Of a DNA stretch of 64,000 bases, positions 8,339-17,447 are shown piece by piece. A model generated the notes under the pieces. It ran no database searches. It was not told where the DNA came from and saw only the letters and a list, made by a program, of their open reading frames with translations. A program made the translations under genes and the position numbers. Position 1 is the first letter of the stretch. Each line of letters starts with the position of its first letter. The DNA is from a virus: the IMG/VR virus record IMGVR_UViG_3300034064_000912, positions 4,209 through 68,208 of that record, one strand, 5' to 3'.

Positions 8339-9838
8339 CTACGTTATAACTGCATTCTGGTCAATATAATACGTATTAGATGCTTTAGCAGCATGTACTT
8401 TTAAGAATATAGATCCAACCTGTCCGGCATTAAATGTAGTAGACATCTTAAACCGCATGCCAGCAGTAAATGTAGCTGTTCCATCAGTTATTACTGATCC
8501 GTCTACTGCTGTAGTGTATCCAGCTGGTTCTGCCGTATTACTTGTTCCAGCTGTAGTGCAAAAGAATATTCTACCAGAATTATTTGATGTTTTTACAATG
8601 TCATTTAAAGCATAAACTGTTGAGTTAATTCTTGCAGTAATAGCGTTGTCCCATGATGAAGTATCAGCTAAAAGAGTAGTATTAGATGTTAATAGATCTG
8701 CAGCAATAGTACCAGAAGACATTACTCCATTTGGATTAGTGGCTGAATTGAGATAATCAGCACTAATCCAGATTTCATCATTATTTGGACGTACGGTAGA
8801 ATTAAATATTCCATAAACTGTTATTGTATTAGAAGTACCAGTTGATGTATTCCAGACTGTCCATGGCAGCGTCTCATGTGGATTAAACCACTCAGGAAAA
8901 GCAGTTGTAGTTATTTTTTTACTTACAAGACCAATATTGTCACGTGATCCACCAGTACGTACTACAGATCTGTCTTGAACAGATGTTCCCATTTTATCAT
9001 ATTTTTCGTGTCGCGGTATACCGCTAGTCGTACTGCATCCAAGTAAAAATATTCGTTGAGTACTATTTGCCTGTACACCCGAAGTAATAGTAACTGATGA
9101 TCCAAGACGCGCTCTTTTTAATACAATTTTATTAGCAAGTGATGCTACATCTTGAAATAAAGTAGTAGATGATCCCATAGCTGAAAGATCAACATCTTCT
9201 ATCAAAAATGTTGCAGCAATTGTAGATACACTTATTGGCTTAATAAATGTTGTAGGTATATTATTAGCAATAGCCGATGGTGTATTTTTCCAAATTACAT
9301 CAGCACCACGTAATGCAATTCCTTGTCCAGCATTTCCAAATAAAAGTTGAGTATTACTAAGAGTTACTGTTAAACTAGTTCGGTCAAGTGCATAAAATTG
9401 TAAAACTGAAGTAGCTAAAGTAGAATTAATACTAAGTTTGCATGATTCGAATATTTGTATTGCACTTATATCAGTAGTCGCAGTTGCTGATTGAATAGTA
9501 GTAGATCCGCCAGATGTTCCTTGTCTAAAAGAAATTCCATAATAATACGCAGATCCAAGTAAAGTTAAACCTGCGTTGCCAGTTACAGTAATAGTAGCTG
9601 TAGTAGCAGCAACTCCCGAAGTTCTATTTATACATATTACACGTACTAAACTAGACGGAGTACCAGGCGATGTTAATGTTAAAGCACCAGCTGAAGTTTG
9701 TGCATGATCATGCGCTACATAAATAGTATCACCAGCAACTACTCCTGCATATGCTAATGTTAATGTTGTATAAGCATTAGTCCAATCATCACCTGTTCCA
9801 GTACCGACTGCTCCTGAATATAAGTATTTAATGGCCAT
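8339..9838 (-). CDS. putative virion adhesin/receptor-binding protein, paralog B
   Basis: GTGDDWTNAYTTL...AGDTIYVAHDH N-terminus (beta-helix-like start); C-terminal third nearly identical to paralog A. Confidence 0.6.
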   Translation of the reverse strand: MAIKYLYSGAVGTGTGDDWTNAYTTLTLAYAGVVAGDTIYVAHDHAQTSAGALTLTSPGTPSSLVRVICINRTSGVAATTATITVTGNAGLTLLGSAYYYGISFRQGTSGGSTTIQSATATTDISAIQIFESCKLSINSTLATSVLQFYALDRTSLTVTLSNTQLLFGNAGQGIALRGADVIWKNTPSAIANNIPTTFIKPISVSTIAATFLIEDVDLSAMGSSTTLFQDVASLANKIVLKRARLGSSVTITSGVQANSTQRIFLLGCSTTSGIPRHEKYDKMGTSVQDRSVVRTGGSRDNIGLVSKKITTTAFPEWFNPHETLPWTVWNTSTGTSNTITVYGIFNSTVRPNNDEIWISADYLNSATNPNGVMSSGTIAADLLTSNTTLLADTSSWDNAITARINSTVYALNDIVKTSNNSGRIFFCTTAGTSNTAEPAGYTTAVDGSVITDGTATFTAGMRFKMSTTFNAGQVGSIFLKVHAAKASNTYYIDQNAVIT

Positions 9839-10026
9839 TATTCATTTTCTCTACAAAGATCAGCAGATCTGATAGCAATAATATTTGGTAAATCTATATC
9901 TGAATTTATTAATGTATCATATGTAAATACTATATCATCAGATCTTGTGTAAATTTGTTTTAACCAATATGATCCATCTGGTTGCTTATCATGCACAATT
10001 GTTTCTATGTTTACTATTGAAAGCAT
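9838..10026 (-). CDS. hypothetical protein
   Basis: 62-aa ORF coupled to both neighbours by TAATG overlaps. Confidence 0.65.
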   Translation of the reverse strand: MLSIVNIETIVHDKQPDGSYWLKQIYTRSDDIVFTYDTLINSDIDLPNIIAIRSADLCRENE

Positions 10027-10355
10027 TATATGATAAACTCAGTATTTAGATTATATGGATAAGATCCGGTGTAACCAATTACACCCTGTGATCCAACAAA
10101 GCCAACTGAACCTGTAAAGCCAACTGAACCTGTAAAGCCAACTGAACCAACAAAACCAACTGAACCAGTATAACCAGTTGAACCGGTAAAGCCAACTGAA
10201 CCAGTGTAACCGCGTGATCCAGTATAACCAACTGCGGCATAAGCTCCTGAAGATCCAGTATAGCCGGTAGATCCTGTATAACCAAGTGATCCGGTATAGC
10301 CGCGCGAACCAGTATAGCCCGGTTCACCCTGTCTAAGTGAAGATTTTATTAGCAT
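10026..10355 (-). CDS. collagen-like protein, G[YF]TGSx hexapeptide repeats
   Basis: About 14 G[YF][TV]GSx units; GGAG SD; TATAAATA at 10380-10387. Confidence 0.8.
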   Translation of the reverse strand: MLIKSSLRQGEPGYTGSRGYTGSLGYTGSTGYTGSSGAYAAVGYTGSRGYTGSVGFTGSTGYTGSVGFVGSVGFTGSVGFTGSVGFVGSQGVIGYTGSYPYNLNTEFII

Positions 10356-10379
10356 TAGTGCTCCAATATACTGTTATTA

Positions 10380-10387
10380 TATTTATA
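10380..10387 (-). promoter_or_regulatory. late promoter TATAAATA
   Basis: Exact consensus upstream of the ATG at 10355. Confidence 0.7.
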
Positions 10388-10393
10388 TTATTT

Positions 10394-10781
10394 TTACATA
10401 AGCATAAAGAAGTTACCAGCAGAAGCGCCTGGTACTGGTGGAGCAGTAAATATCCAACCAGTATTATTACCGCCATCTGTGCTGTTTGCACCAGCATACC
10501 ATCCTGCACCAACTGAACCTGTATAACCTGTTGATCCAACCGAACCAGTGAATCCAGTAGTACCAGCAGAACCTGTAAAGCCAGCACCAACTGAACCGGT
10601 GAATCCTATATCACCAACCGAACCAGTGAATCCAGTAGTACCAGCAGAACCAGTGAAGCCAATTGCTGCATGCGCCAATAGAACCAGTATAACCACGCGA
10701 ACCAGTATAACCAATACCACCTTGTCTAAGTGTTGATTTAATAACAGATCCAGTATAACTGCCAGTAGATCGCGTAAGCAT
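10394..10781 (-). pseudogene. frameshifted collagen-like G[YF]TGSx protein (paralog of 10026..10355)
   Basis: ATG at 10781 after GGAG gives MLTRSTGSYTGSVIKSTLRQGGIGYTGSRGYTGSIGA; frame breaks near 10670 (GCATGCA where the paralog's GAYAA predicts GCATATGCA); collagen repeats continue in the other frame to 10394. Confidence 0.75.
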
Positions 10782-10822
10782 TAATGCTCCAGTATATTAT
10801 TATATGCATATACAAAGAATTA

Positions 10823-10844
10823 TATTTATATTTATATATAAATA
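10823..10844. promoter_or_regulatory. divergent late-promoter cluster
   Basis: TATAAATA on minus at 10823-10830 and 10829-10836, and on plus at 10837-10844. Confidence 0.75.
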
Positions 10845-10862
10845 AATGATCAATATTAAATT

Positions 10863-13800
10863 ATGCATTATTTTATAGGATTATATATTATGATATCTAT
10901 AGCAATTATTGACACAATAGGTTTAGTATATGATGGTTCTACATTATCTAAAAGAGGTTTAGGTGGTTCAGAATCAGCAGTAATTCTTATGTCAAGAGAG
11001 TTAACAAAACTCGGATTTGATGTAACTGTTTATAATAATTGTGAAGACTCAATAACTAAACCTGGTATATATGATGGTGTTAAATATAAACCATTTAAAG
11101 AATGTAAAAACTATACTCATGATGTTGTCATATCATCCAGAACAGTTTTACCATTATGTCCAGAACAATATTACAAAAATTTTACAAATACACCAGCAAC
11201 TTTTGAAACATTTCAAAATGTTCATAAAGCAAAACTTAAAATTCTATGGCTACATGATACTTTTTGCGTTGGTGATCAACTTATTGAAGAGTTAGTACTC
11301 AGTGGTTATATTGATGAACTTTTTACTCTTTCTGATTTTCATACTTCATATGTAACAAACTGTGATCATGGAAATAAAAGAAATTTTGAAGTATTGAAAA
11401 ACAAAATATTTATGACACGTAATGGTGTTATGAATCATCACAAATGGGTAGATATTAAAGCTAAAGATCCAAATTTATTTGTATATAATGCATCAGTTAC
11501 TAAAGGTATGATTCCATTAGTAACAAAAATTTGGCCAGAATTAAAAAAGAAAATACCAAATGGGCGTCTTATTATAATTGGTGGATTTTATAGATTCAGG
11601 GATACTGCACCACCAGATAAACAAGAAGAAGATTGGCATATTCTAAGAAAAGAATATGAAAGTATGAATATAGGTATTAGCTTTACTGGAATTATTCCGC
11701 AACATGAAATAGCTGACATATTATCAAGAGCAGCATATTTTCTATATCCTGGAGCATTTCCAGAAACGTTTGGAATATCGATGCTAGAATCAATGGTTTA
11801 TAATACTCCTCTCATTACTTGCAGATTCGGTGCTACTGAAGAAACGGCAATAGAACAAGCAAATTATCTTATTGATTATGCTATTGAACCAAATAGCTTA
11901 TTTCCAAATATTAATACAGATTCACAATGTGCTAAATTTATTGATATTACTTATCAAGCTTATAATAATACGTATTTGCATCAACAGAAAATGTATGCTT
12001 GTAATTTAGTAAAAGACATAGCTGAATGGAATACTGTAGCTTTACAGTGGAAACAACATATATTTAAAAAGCTTGGCGTCTATATGGATATTAATGAATA
12101 TAGATCTGTACAAGTTATTAATGATAGAGTTCATAAAGTATTTGGCAGAAAATTTTCTAATAGTGAAGAATGGCGAATTAGAAAAACTAAAGAACAAGAA
12201 ATTGTAGTAATAACACCTTTTTATAATGCTAGAAATTATATTGAAGAATGCATAGATTCCATAGCAGCACAAGACTATGATAATTGGAAACTAATTCTTA
12301 TTGATGATGCTTCAACTGATGATTCATTTGATGTTGCTAAAAACTATATTGCAACTTTTCCAAAAAATATTCAAAATAAAATTAATATACATCAAAATGC
12401 TAGAAATGTTGGCGCGGTGTGTAATCAAGTTACTACTCTTAAAAGTATTGATACCAGCATAACTGCTGATTCTATAATAATGTTTGTAGATGGTGATGAT
12501 TGTTTAGCTAATGATCCACATATATTTGATATGTATAATAATATGTTTCATGATGGAATTGAGTTTTCATATGGATCATGTTGGTCAATGGCTGATAATA
12601 TTCCACTTATAGCTCAACCATATCCACCAGAAGTCAAGAAAAATAAGTCTTATAGACAATACAAATTTAATTGGGGAATGCCATATACTCATCTTCGTGT
12701 ATTTAAAAAATATCTAATTGACCAAATTCCATATTCTTCTTTTCAGGATGCTGATGGTAATTGGTTTAAAGCAGGTGGAGATAATTCTACTTTCTATAAT
12801 ATTCTTGAAAAAGCTGATCCTAATAAAGTAAAAGCAGTATCAGATATAGTATATCTTTATAATGACAAAAATCCAATAAATGATTATAAGGTGAATTCAG
12901 AGGAGCAAACTAAAAATATGGAACAAGTGACTAATTCTAAAGCATATGTCTATAATCCAAAAAAGATTTTAATTGCTATTCCAACCGCCAAGTACATAGA
13001 ATCAGAAACATTCAAATCAATATATGATCTTGAAGTACCCATGGGTTATGAAACAGATTTTCAATTTTTCTATGGTTATAATATAGATCAAATTAGAAAT
13101 TTAATTGCAGATTGGGCACAAAAATACGATTATCTTTTTTCTGTTGATTCTGATATAGTAATGTCATCAGATACTCTTAAAAAGTTAATAGAGCATAATA
13201 AAGATATAGTAACTGGAATGTATATACAACGAATACCTGGAACACATGCTTTAGAATTATATGATAAAAATGGTAGAATTCCATATAATTTAATTAAAGG
13301 TAAAGGGCTTTTAGAAATTGATGCATGTGGATTTGGTTGCGTTCTTGTAAAAAGCGAAGTATTTAAAGTTGTTGGTTATCCACAGTTTGAATATCATTCA
13401 GCATTAAATCATAGAGATACTATTTCAGAAGATACTGATTTCTGTTTAAAGGCTAAAAATAAAGGCTTTAAGATATGGGTTGATACTAGTATTAAATGCA
13501 ATCATATAGGAAATGTGTGGTTTAACGTAGAAGATAATCAAGAAACCGAAACAGAAGAAAAGACTAAATTAAGAAATCTTGGTAATGAAAATTTGCTGCC
13601 ATTTGATCATATTATGTATCTTGCTTCAATGAAAAAAACAAATATAATTCCAGAAGTTATATATGATATAGGCGCGTGTGTATTACATTGGCATAAAGAA
13701 GCTGCAAAAATCTGGAATAATTCAAAATACTTTATATTTGAAGCAATGCATGAATCATCTTTCTTATATGAAGAAAAACAACTTCCATACCACTGTGGTG

Positions 13801-14225
13801 TTTTAACTGACTATGATAATAAAATAGTAGATTTTTATCAAAATACAGAGCATCCTGGTGGAAATTCATATTATTTAGAAAATCCAGATGTAAATCCAGA
13901 AGCGCATGATTATTTCAATGAATCACATCGTAGAAAAAAAGTAGGTATGAAGCTAGATACTATAGTAAAACAGAAGTCTTGGCCATTGCCTAATATGATT
14001 AAAATGGATATTCAAGGAGCTGAATTAGATGTATTAAAAGGAGCTGATATGTGTCTTAATCATGCCACAGATCTTATTCTTGAATTACAACATACAGAAT
14101 ATAATAAAAACGCGCCATCTGCTAAAGAAGTAATTGAGTACTTAAAAGAAAAAGGGTTTCAGTTAATTACTAAATTCACTGAAACCCCGTATGATGGCGA
14201 CTATCATTTTAGGAAAGTTATCTAG
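10863..14225 (+). CDS. multidomain glycosyltransferase-methyltransferase: GT4-like + GT2 + GT2-like + FkbM-type SAM methyltransferase (likely start 10890)
   Basis: GLGGSESA...WLHD...YPGAFPETFGISMLE (GT-B); IVVITPFYNA...IDDASTD...VDGDD (GT-A); ILIAIPT...VDSDIV...GFGCVLVK...SEDTDFC (GT-A); IYDIGAC...IKMDIQGAELDVLKG (FkbM). Confidence 0.9.
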   Translation: MHYFIGLYIMISIAIIDTIGLVYDGSTLSKRGLGGSESAVILMSRELTKLGFDVTVYNNCEDSITKPGIYDGVKYKPFKECKNYTHDVVISSRTVLPLCPEQYYKNFTNTPATFETFQNVHKAKLKILWLHDTFCVGDQLIEELVLSGYIDELFTLSDFHTSYVTNCDHGNKRNFEVLKNKIFMTRNGVMNHHKWVDIKAKDPNLFVYNASVTKGMIPLVTKIWPELKKKIPNGRLIIIGGFYRFRDTAPPDKQEEDWHILRKEYESMNIGISFTGIIPQHEIADILSRAAYFLYPGAFPETFGISMLESMVYNTPLITCRFGATEETAIEQANYLIDYAIEPNSLFPNINTDSQCAKFIDITYQAYNNTYLHQQKMYACNLVKDIAEWNTVALQWKQHIFKKLGVYMDINEYRSVQVINDRVHKVFGRKFSNSEEWRIRKTKEQEIVVITPFYNARNYIEECIDSIAAQDYDNWKLILIDDASTDDSFDVAKNYIATFPKNIQNKINIHQNARNVGAVCNQVTTLKSIDTSITADSIIMFVDGDDCLANDPHIFDMYNNMFHDGIEFSYGSCWSMADNIPLIAQPYPPEVKKNKSYRQYKFNWGMPYTHLRVFKKYLIDQIPYSSFQDADGNWFKAGGDNSTFYNILEKADPNKVKAVSDIVYLYNDKNPINDYKVNSEEQTKNMEQVTNSKAYVYNPKKILIAIPTAKYIESETFKSIYDLEVPMGYETDFQFFYGYNIDQIRNLIADWAQKYDYLFSVDSDIVMSSDTLKKLIEHNKDIVTGMYIQRIPGTHALELYDKNGRIPYNLIKGKGLLEIDACGFGCVLVKSEVFKVVGYPQFEYHSALNHRDTISEDTDFCLKAKNKGFKIWVDTSIKCNHIGNVWFNVEDNQETETEEKTKLRNLGNENLLPFDHIMYLASMKKTNIIPEVIYDIGACVLHWHKEAAKIWNNSKYFIFEAMHESSFLYEEKQLPYHCGVLTDYDNKIVDFYQNTEHPGGNSYYLENPDVNPEAHDYFNESHRRKKVGMKLDTIVKQKSWPLPNMIKMDIQGAELDVLKGADMCLNHATDLILELQHTEYNKNAPSAKEVIEYLKEKGFQLITKFTETPYDGDYHFRKVI

Positions 14226-14556
14226 TAACTCTCGGTGTTACTGTAACTATTCCTTCTAATACACGCGTAATAATATTTTCATTATTAATTATTGTTACAT
14301 CATATACATATCTGCCATAATCTAAATTTGCTGTTTGCTCAGCAGTTAATGATAATCTAATAACACCATTAGATGGTTCTATAGCAGTATTAGTAGCAAA
14401 TACTGCTGAAGGATTAACTGAGCTATACCATTTTCTCATCTGAGCATTAGCAACATAAGGTGACACATCAATGGGATCACCATTTTCATCAGTTAAATCA
14501 ATATATAAATCAAATGTAGTTCCTTGATCTATTACAAGATTGCTTTTATTAGACAT
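14218..14556 (-). CDS. small virion structural protein (Ig/BppU-like)
   Basis: NLVIDQGTTF...AQMRK...LSLTAEQT..L..GRYVYDV...RVLEGIVTVTP.VTR motif common in T4-like phages. Confidence 0.75.
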   Translation of the reverse strand: MSNKSNLVIDQGTTFDLYIDLTDENGDPIDVSPYVANAQMRKWYSSVNPSAVFATNTAIEPSNGVIRLSLTAEQTANLDYGRYVYDVTIINNENIITRVLEGIVTVTPRVTR

Positions 14557-17225
14557 TAGACTGTAATCGCACTTCTAAAGATTTTAGCTGTTATGGTATT
14601 TGAAGTAGGTGTTAACTGTAAATTAAAACTACCAGCTGAAATACTTGCAGAAAATACACCAGTTGAAGTACCATTATTAATTATGCCATATTCCGTAATA
14701 TATGCATTAGTGCCATCATGTATTCCTAAAATTTTACTAACTTGAAAAGTTGTTGTATTAGACGTTTGTACCAAGTATTCAACTGATCTATATGTAGCAA
14801 TTGCAAAAGCATCTACAGTTTGTATAGCCGCGGTTGGTCCCGTAAATGTATAAGAATTAGAACTACTCTGTATTGATCCAATTATAAGTGTATTTGCAAC
14901 ATTAGTATTAGCAGAAAATAATGTAAATCGATTTGTAGTATTACCAAGAGTATAGATACTATCAACTGATGGAATTATACTACCTAAAGCAGTTGTATTA
15001 CCAGAAGAAATAGTAGTACCTGAAACAGTAAGATTTCCAGATACAGTTAAATCTCTTTGTACTAATACTAAAAGTGCTGATGTATCAAATGTAGTATTAC
15101 CACTAAATGTAGAAGTATTAGATACAGCTAATTTACCGGTAATATTCACATTTGATGAAAGAGTAGTTACACCAGTTACATTTAAAGTATTAGAAAATGT
15201 AACTGCGCCAGTAGCTGATACAGTGTTAGATAGTGTTACTGCTCCAGTTAATGTGGTATTGCCAGTTACCGCTAATGTATTAGAAAATGTAGCAGAGCCT
15301 GTTAATGCTAATGTATTAGATAATGTAGTATTACCGGTAACTGTTACTGTGTTAGAGAAAGTAGCTGCACCTACGTATGATGTAGTATTAGAAAATGTAG
15401 CAGTACCGGTAATTGTTACTGTATTAGATAATGTAGTATTACCAGTTACTGCTAGTGTATTTGATAATGTAGTATTGCCAGTTACTGATAAAGTATTAGA
15501 AAATGTAGCAGAGCCTGTTAATGCTAATGTATTAGATAATGTAGTATTACCGGTAACTGTTACTGTGTTAGAAAATGTAGCTGCACCAACATGTGATGTA
15601 GTATTAGAAAATGTAGCAGAGCCGGTAACTGCTAATGTATTAGATAATGTAGTATTGCCAGTTACTATTACTGTGTTAGAAAATGTAGCAGATCCCGTTA
15701 CTGACATGACAGATAATGTAGTATTGCCTGTTACTGTTACTGTGTTAGAAAAAGTAGCAGAGCCGGTTAATGCTAATGTATTAGATAATGTAGTATTACC
15801 TGTTATAGTAACAGTATTAGAAAATGTAGCTGCGCCTATGTGTGATGTAGTATTAGAGAAAGTAGCTGCACCAGTTAATGCTAATGTATTAGATAATGTA
15901 GTATTACCAGTTACTGTTACTGTATTAGAAAATGTAGCTGCACCTACATGAGATGTAGTATTAGAGAAAGTAGCTGCACCAGTTAATGCTAATGTATTAG
16001 AGAAAGTAGCAGTACCAGTGACCAATGTAGTATTAGAAAATGTAGCTGCACCAACATGTGATGTAGTATTAGAGAAAGTAGCAGCACCAGTTAATGTAGT
16101 ATTGCCAGTTACTGTTACTGTATTAGAAAATGTAGCTGCACCTACATGAGATGTAGTATTAGAAAATGTAGCAGAGCCGGTAACTGTTACTGTATTTGAT
16201 AATGTAGCTGCACCAGTTAATGTAGTATTACCAGTTACTGATAAAGTATTAGATAATGTGGTAGTTCCAGTAACAGCTAATGTATTAGATAATGTAGTAT
16301 TACCAGTTACTGTTACTGTATTAGAAAATGTAGCTGCACCTACATGAGATGTAGTATTAGAAAATGTAGCAATACCAGTAGCTGTTACTGTATTTGATAA
16401 TGTAGCAGCACCGGTAACTGTTACTGTATTTGATAATGTAGTATTACCAGTTACTGATAAAGTATTAGATAATGTAGTATTACCGGTAACTGTTACTGTA
16501 TTAGAAAATGTAGCTGCACCAACATGTGATGTAGTATTAGAAAAAGTAGTATTACCAGTTACAGATAAAGTATTAGATAATGTAGTATTACCTGTTACTG
16601 TTACTGTATTAGAAAAACTGCCTGTGCCTACGTGTGTTGTAGTATTAGAGAAAGTAGCAGCACCAGTTAATGTAGTATTGCCGGTTACAGTAACAGTATT
16701 AGAAAATGTAGCTGCACCAACATGTGATGTAGTATTAGAAAATGTAGCTACACCAGTAGCTGTTACTGTATTTGATAATGTAGCTGCACCGGTAACTGTT
16801 ACTGTATTTGATAATGTAGTATTACCAGTTACTGTTAATGTATTAGAGAAAGAAACTGTGTCTGTTACATTTAATTTGCCGGTAATAGAAACATTAGCAG
16901 AAAATAAAGCATTACTTCCTATTACAACATTAGTTGATGTAGAATTAGCATATATCTGTAATGATCCATTTACAAATACTGCATTCGATGAAATATTAAT
17001 AACTGCTGGTGTTGATACTGTTCCGCCTCTAAGAGAACCATTTATTGCTAAAGTATTGGCGGAAAAGAAACCATTTACTACAACATTACCGGTAGTTACA
17101 GATCCAGAAGATGTAGAATCTGCTGTTAATGCATTCGATGAAATTATTTGAGCTATTTGATTGGTTCTTTCGAGCCATGTTCCAAACGACTGTGTGTTTG
17201 TTGTATTACTAACCGCAATAGTCAT
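14556..17225 (-). CDS. long repetitive fibre protein
   Basis: N-terminal SFGTWLERTN anchor motif, more than 40 12-aa SNTxxxTGxxT[FL] repeats, C-terminal YRSVEYLVQ...HDGTNAYITEYG domain. Confidence 0.75.
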   Translation of the reverse strand: MTIAVSNTTNTQSFGTWLERTNQIAQIISSNALTADSTSSGSVTTGNVVVNGFFSANTLAINGSLRGGTVSTPAVINISSNAVFVNGSLQIYANSTSTNVVIGSNALFSANVSITGKLNVTDTVSFSNTLTVTGNTTLSNTVTVTGAATLSNTVTATGVATFSNTTSHVGAATFSNTVTVTGNTTLTGAATFSNTTTHVGTGSFSNTVTVTGNTTLSNTLSVTGNTTFSNTTSHVGAATFSNTVTVTGNTTLSNTLSVTGNTTLSNTVTVTGAATLSNTVTATGIATFSNTTSHVGAATFSNTVTVTGNTTLSNTLAVTGTTTLSNTLSVTGNTTLTGAATLSNTVTVTGSATFSNTTSHVGAATFSNTVTVTGNTTLTGAATFSNTTSHVGAATFSNTTLVTGTATFSNTLALTGAATFSNTTSHVGAATFSNTVTVTGNTTLSNTLALTGAATFSNTTSHIGAATFSNTVTITGNTTLSNTLALTGSATFSNTVTVTGNTTLSVMSVTGSATFSNTVIVTGNTTLSNTLAVTGSATFSNTTSHVGAATFSNTVTVTGNTTLSNTLALTGSATFSNTLSVTGNTTLSNTLAVTGNTTLSNTVTITGTATFSNTTSYVGAATFSNTVTVTGNTTLSNTLALTGSATFSNTLAVTGNTTLTGAVTLSNTVSATGAVTFSNTLNVTGVTTLSSNVNITGKLAVSNTSTFSGNTTFDTSALLVLVQRDLTVSGNLTVSGTTISSGNTTALGSIIPSVDSIYTLGNTTNRFTLFSANTNVANTLIIGSIQSSSNSYTFTGPTAAIQTVDAFAIATYRSVEYLVQTSNTTTFQVSKILGIHDGTNAYITEYGIINNGTSTGVFSASISAGSFNLQLTPTSNTITAKIFRSAITV
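15120..16860 (-). repeat. 36-nt (12-aa) degenerate tandem repeat array
   Basis: Recurring units SNTVTVTGNTTL, SNTTSHVGAATF and SNTLALTGSATF with occasional 6-aa half units. Confidence 0.9.
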
Positions 17226-17446
17226 TATTGTTTATTCCCTAATAGCTGTCTTAGCATATTTTTTATCTCTGCTACATCTTCTTTAAGCTTATCAGTATCT
17301 TCTACAACTTTTGAAAGCTTTATCAATTTATCTCTTTCTTCACGATATTTATTCAAACTTTTTGAATCTGTATTAAGAATAGCTTTTGTATTAGCATTCT
17401 TTATTAAATGATCATTATCTCTTATTTTTAAAAAATCAGGTTTCAT
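17225..17446 (-). CDS. small coiled-coil protein conserved after DUF4815 genes
   Basis: LIKN.NTKAILNTD...Y...LKEDVAEIKNMLRQLL. Confidence 0.75.
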   Translation of the reverse strand: MKPDFLKIRDNDHLIKNANTKAILNTDSKSLNKYREERDKLIKLSKVVEDTDKLKEDVAEIKNMLRQLLGNKQ

Positions 17447-17447
17447 A

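Noticed and set aside
6420-9838. Paralog pair as a diversity-generating retroelement TR/VR
   Set aside because: No reverse transcriptase in the window, differences are not adenine-specific, and both copies are full genes
10079-10736. ORFs 10079..10327, 10333..10590, 10548..10736 and the listed start of 10394..10720
   Set aside because: Alternative-frame or antisense readings of GYTGS repeats; the real start is 10781 with a frameshift
15120-16860. 36-nt periodic array as a possible CRISPR
   Set aside because: Repeats are contiguous, degenerate at third codon positions and in frame, with no unique spacers and no cas genes
15223-17411. Repetitive plus-strand ORFs (VLENVAAP...)
   Set aside because: Reverse-complement reading of the 12-aa repeat fibre
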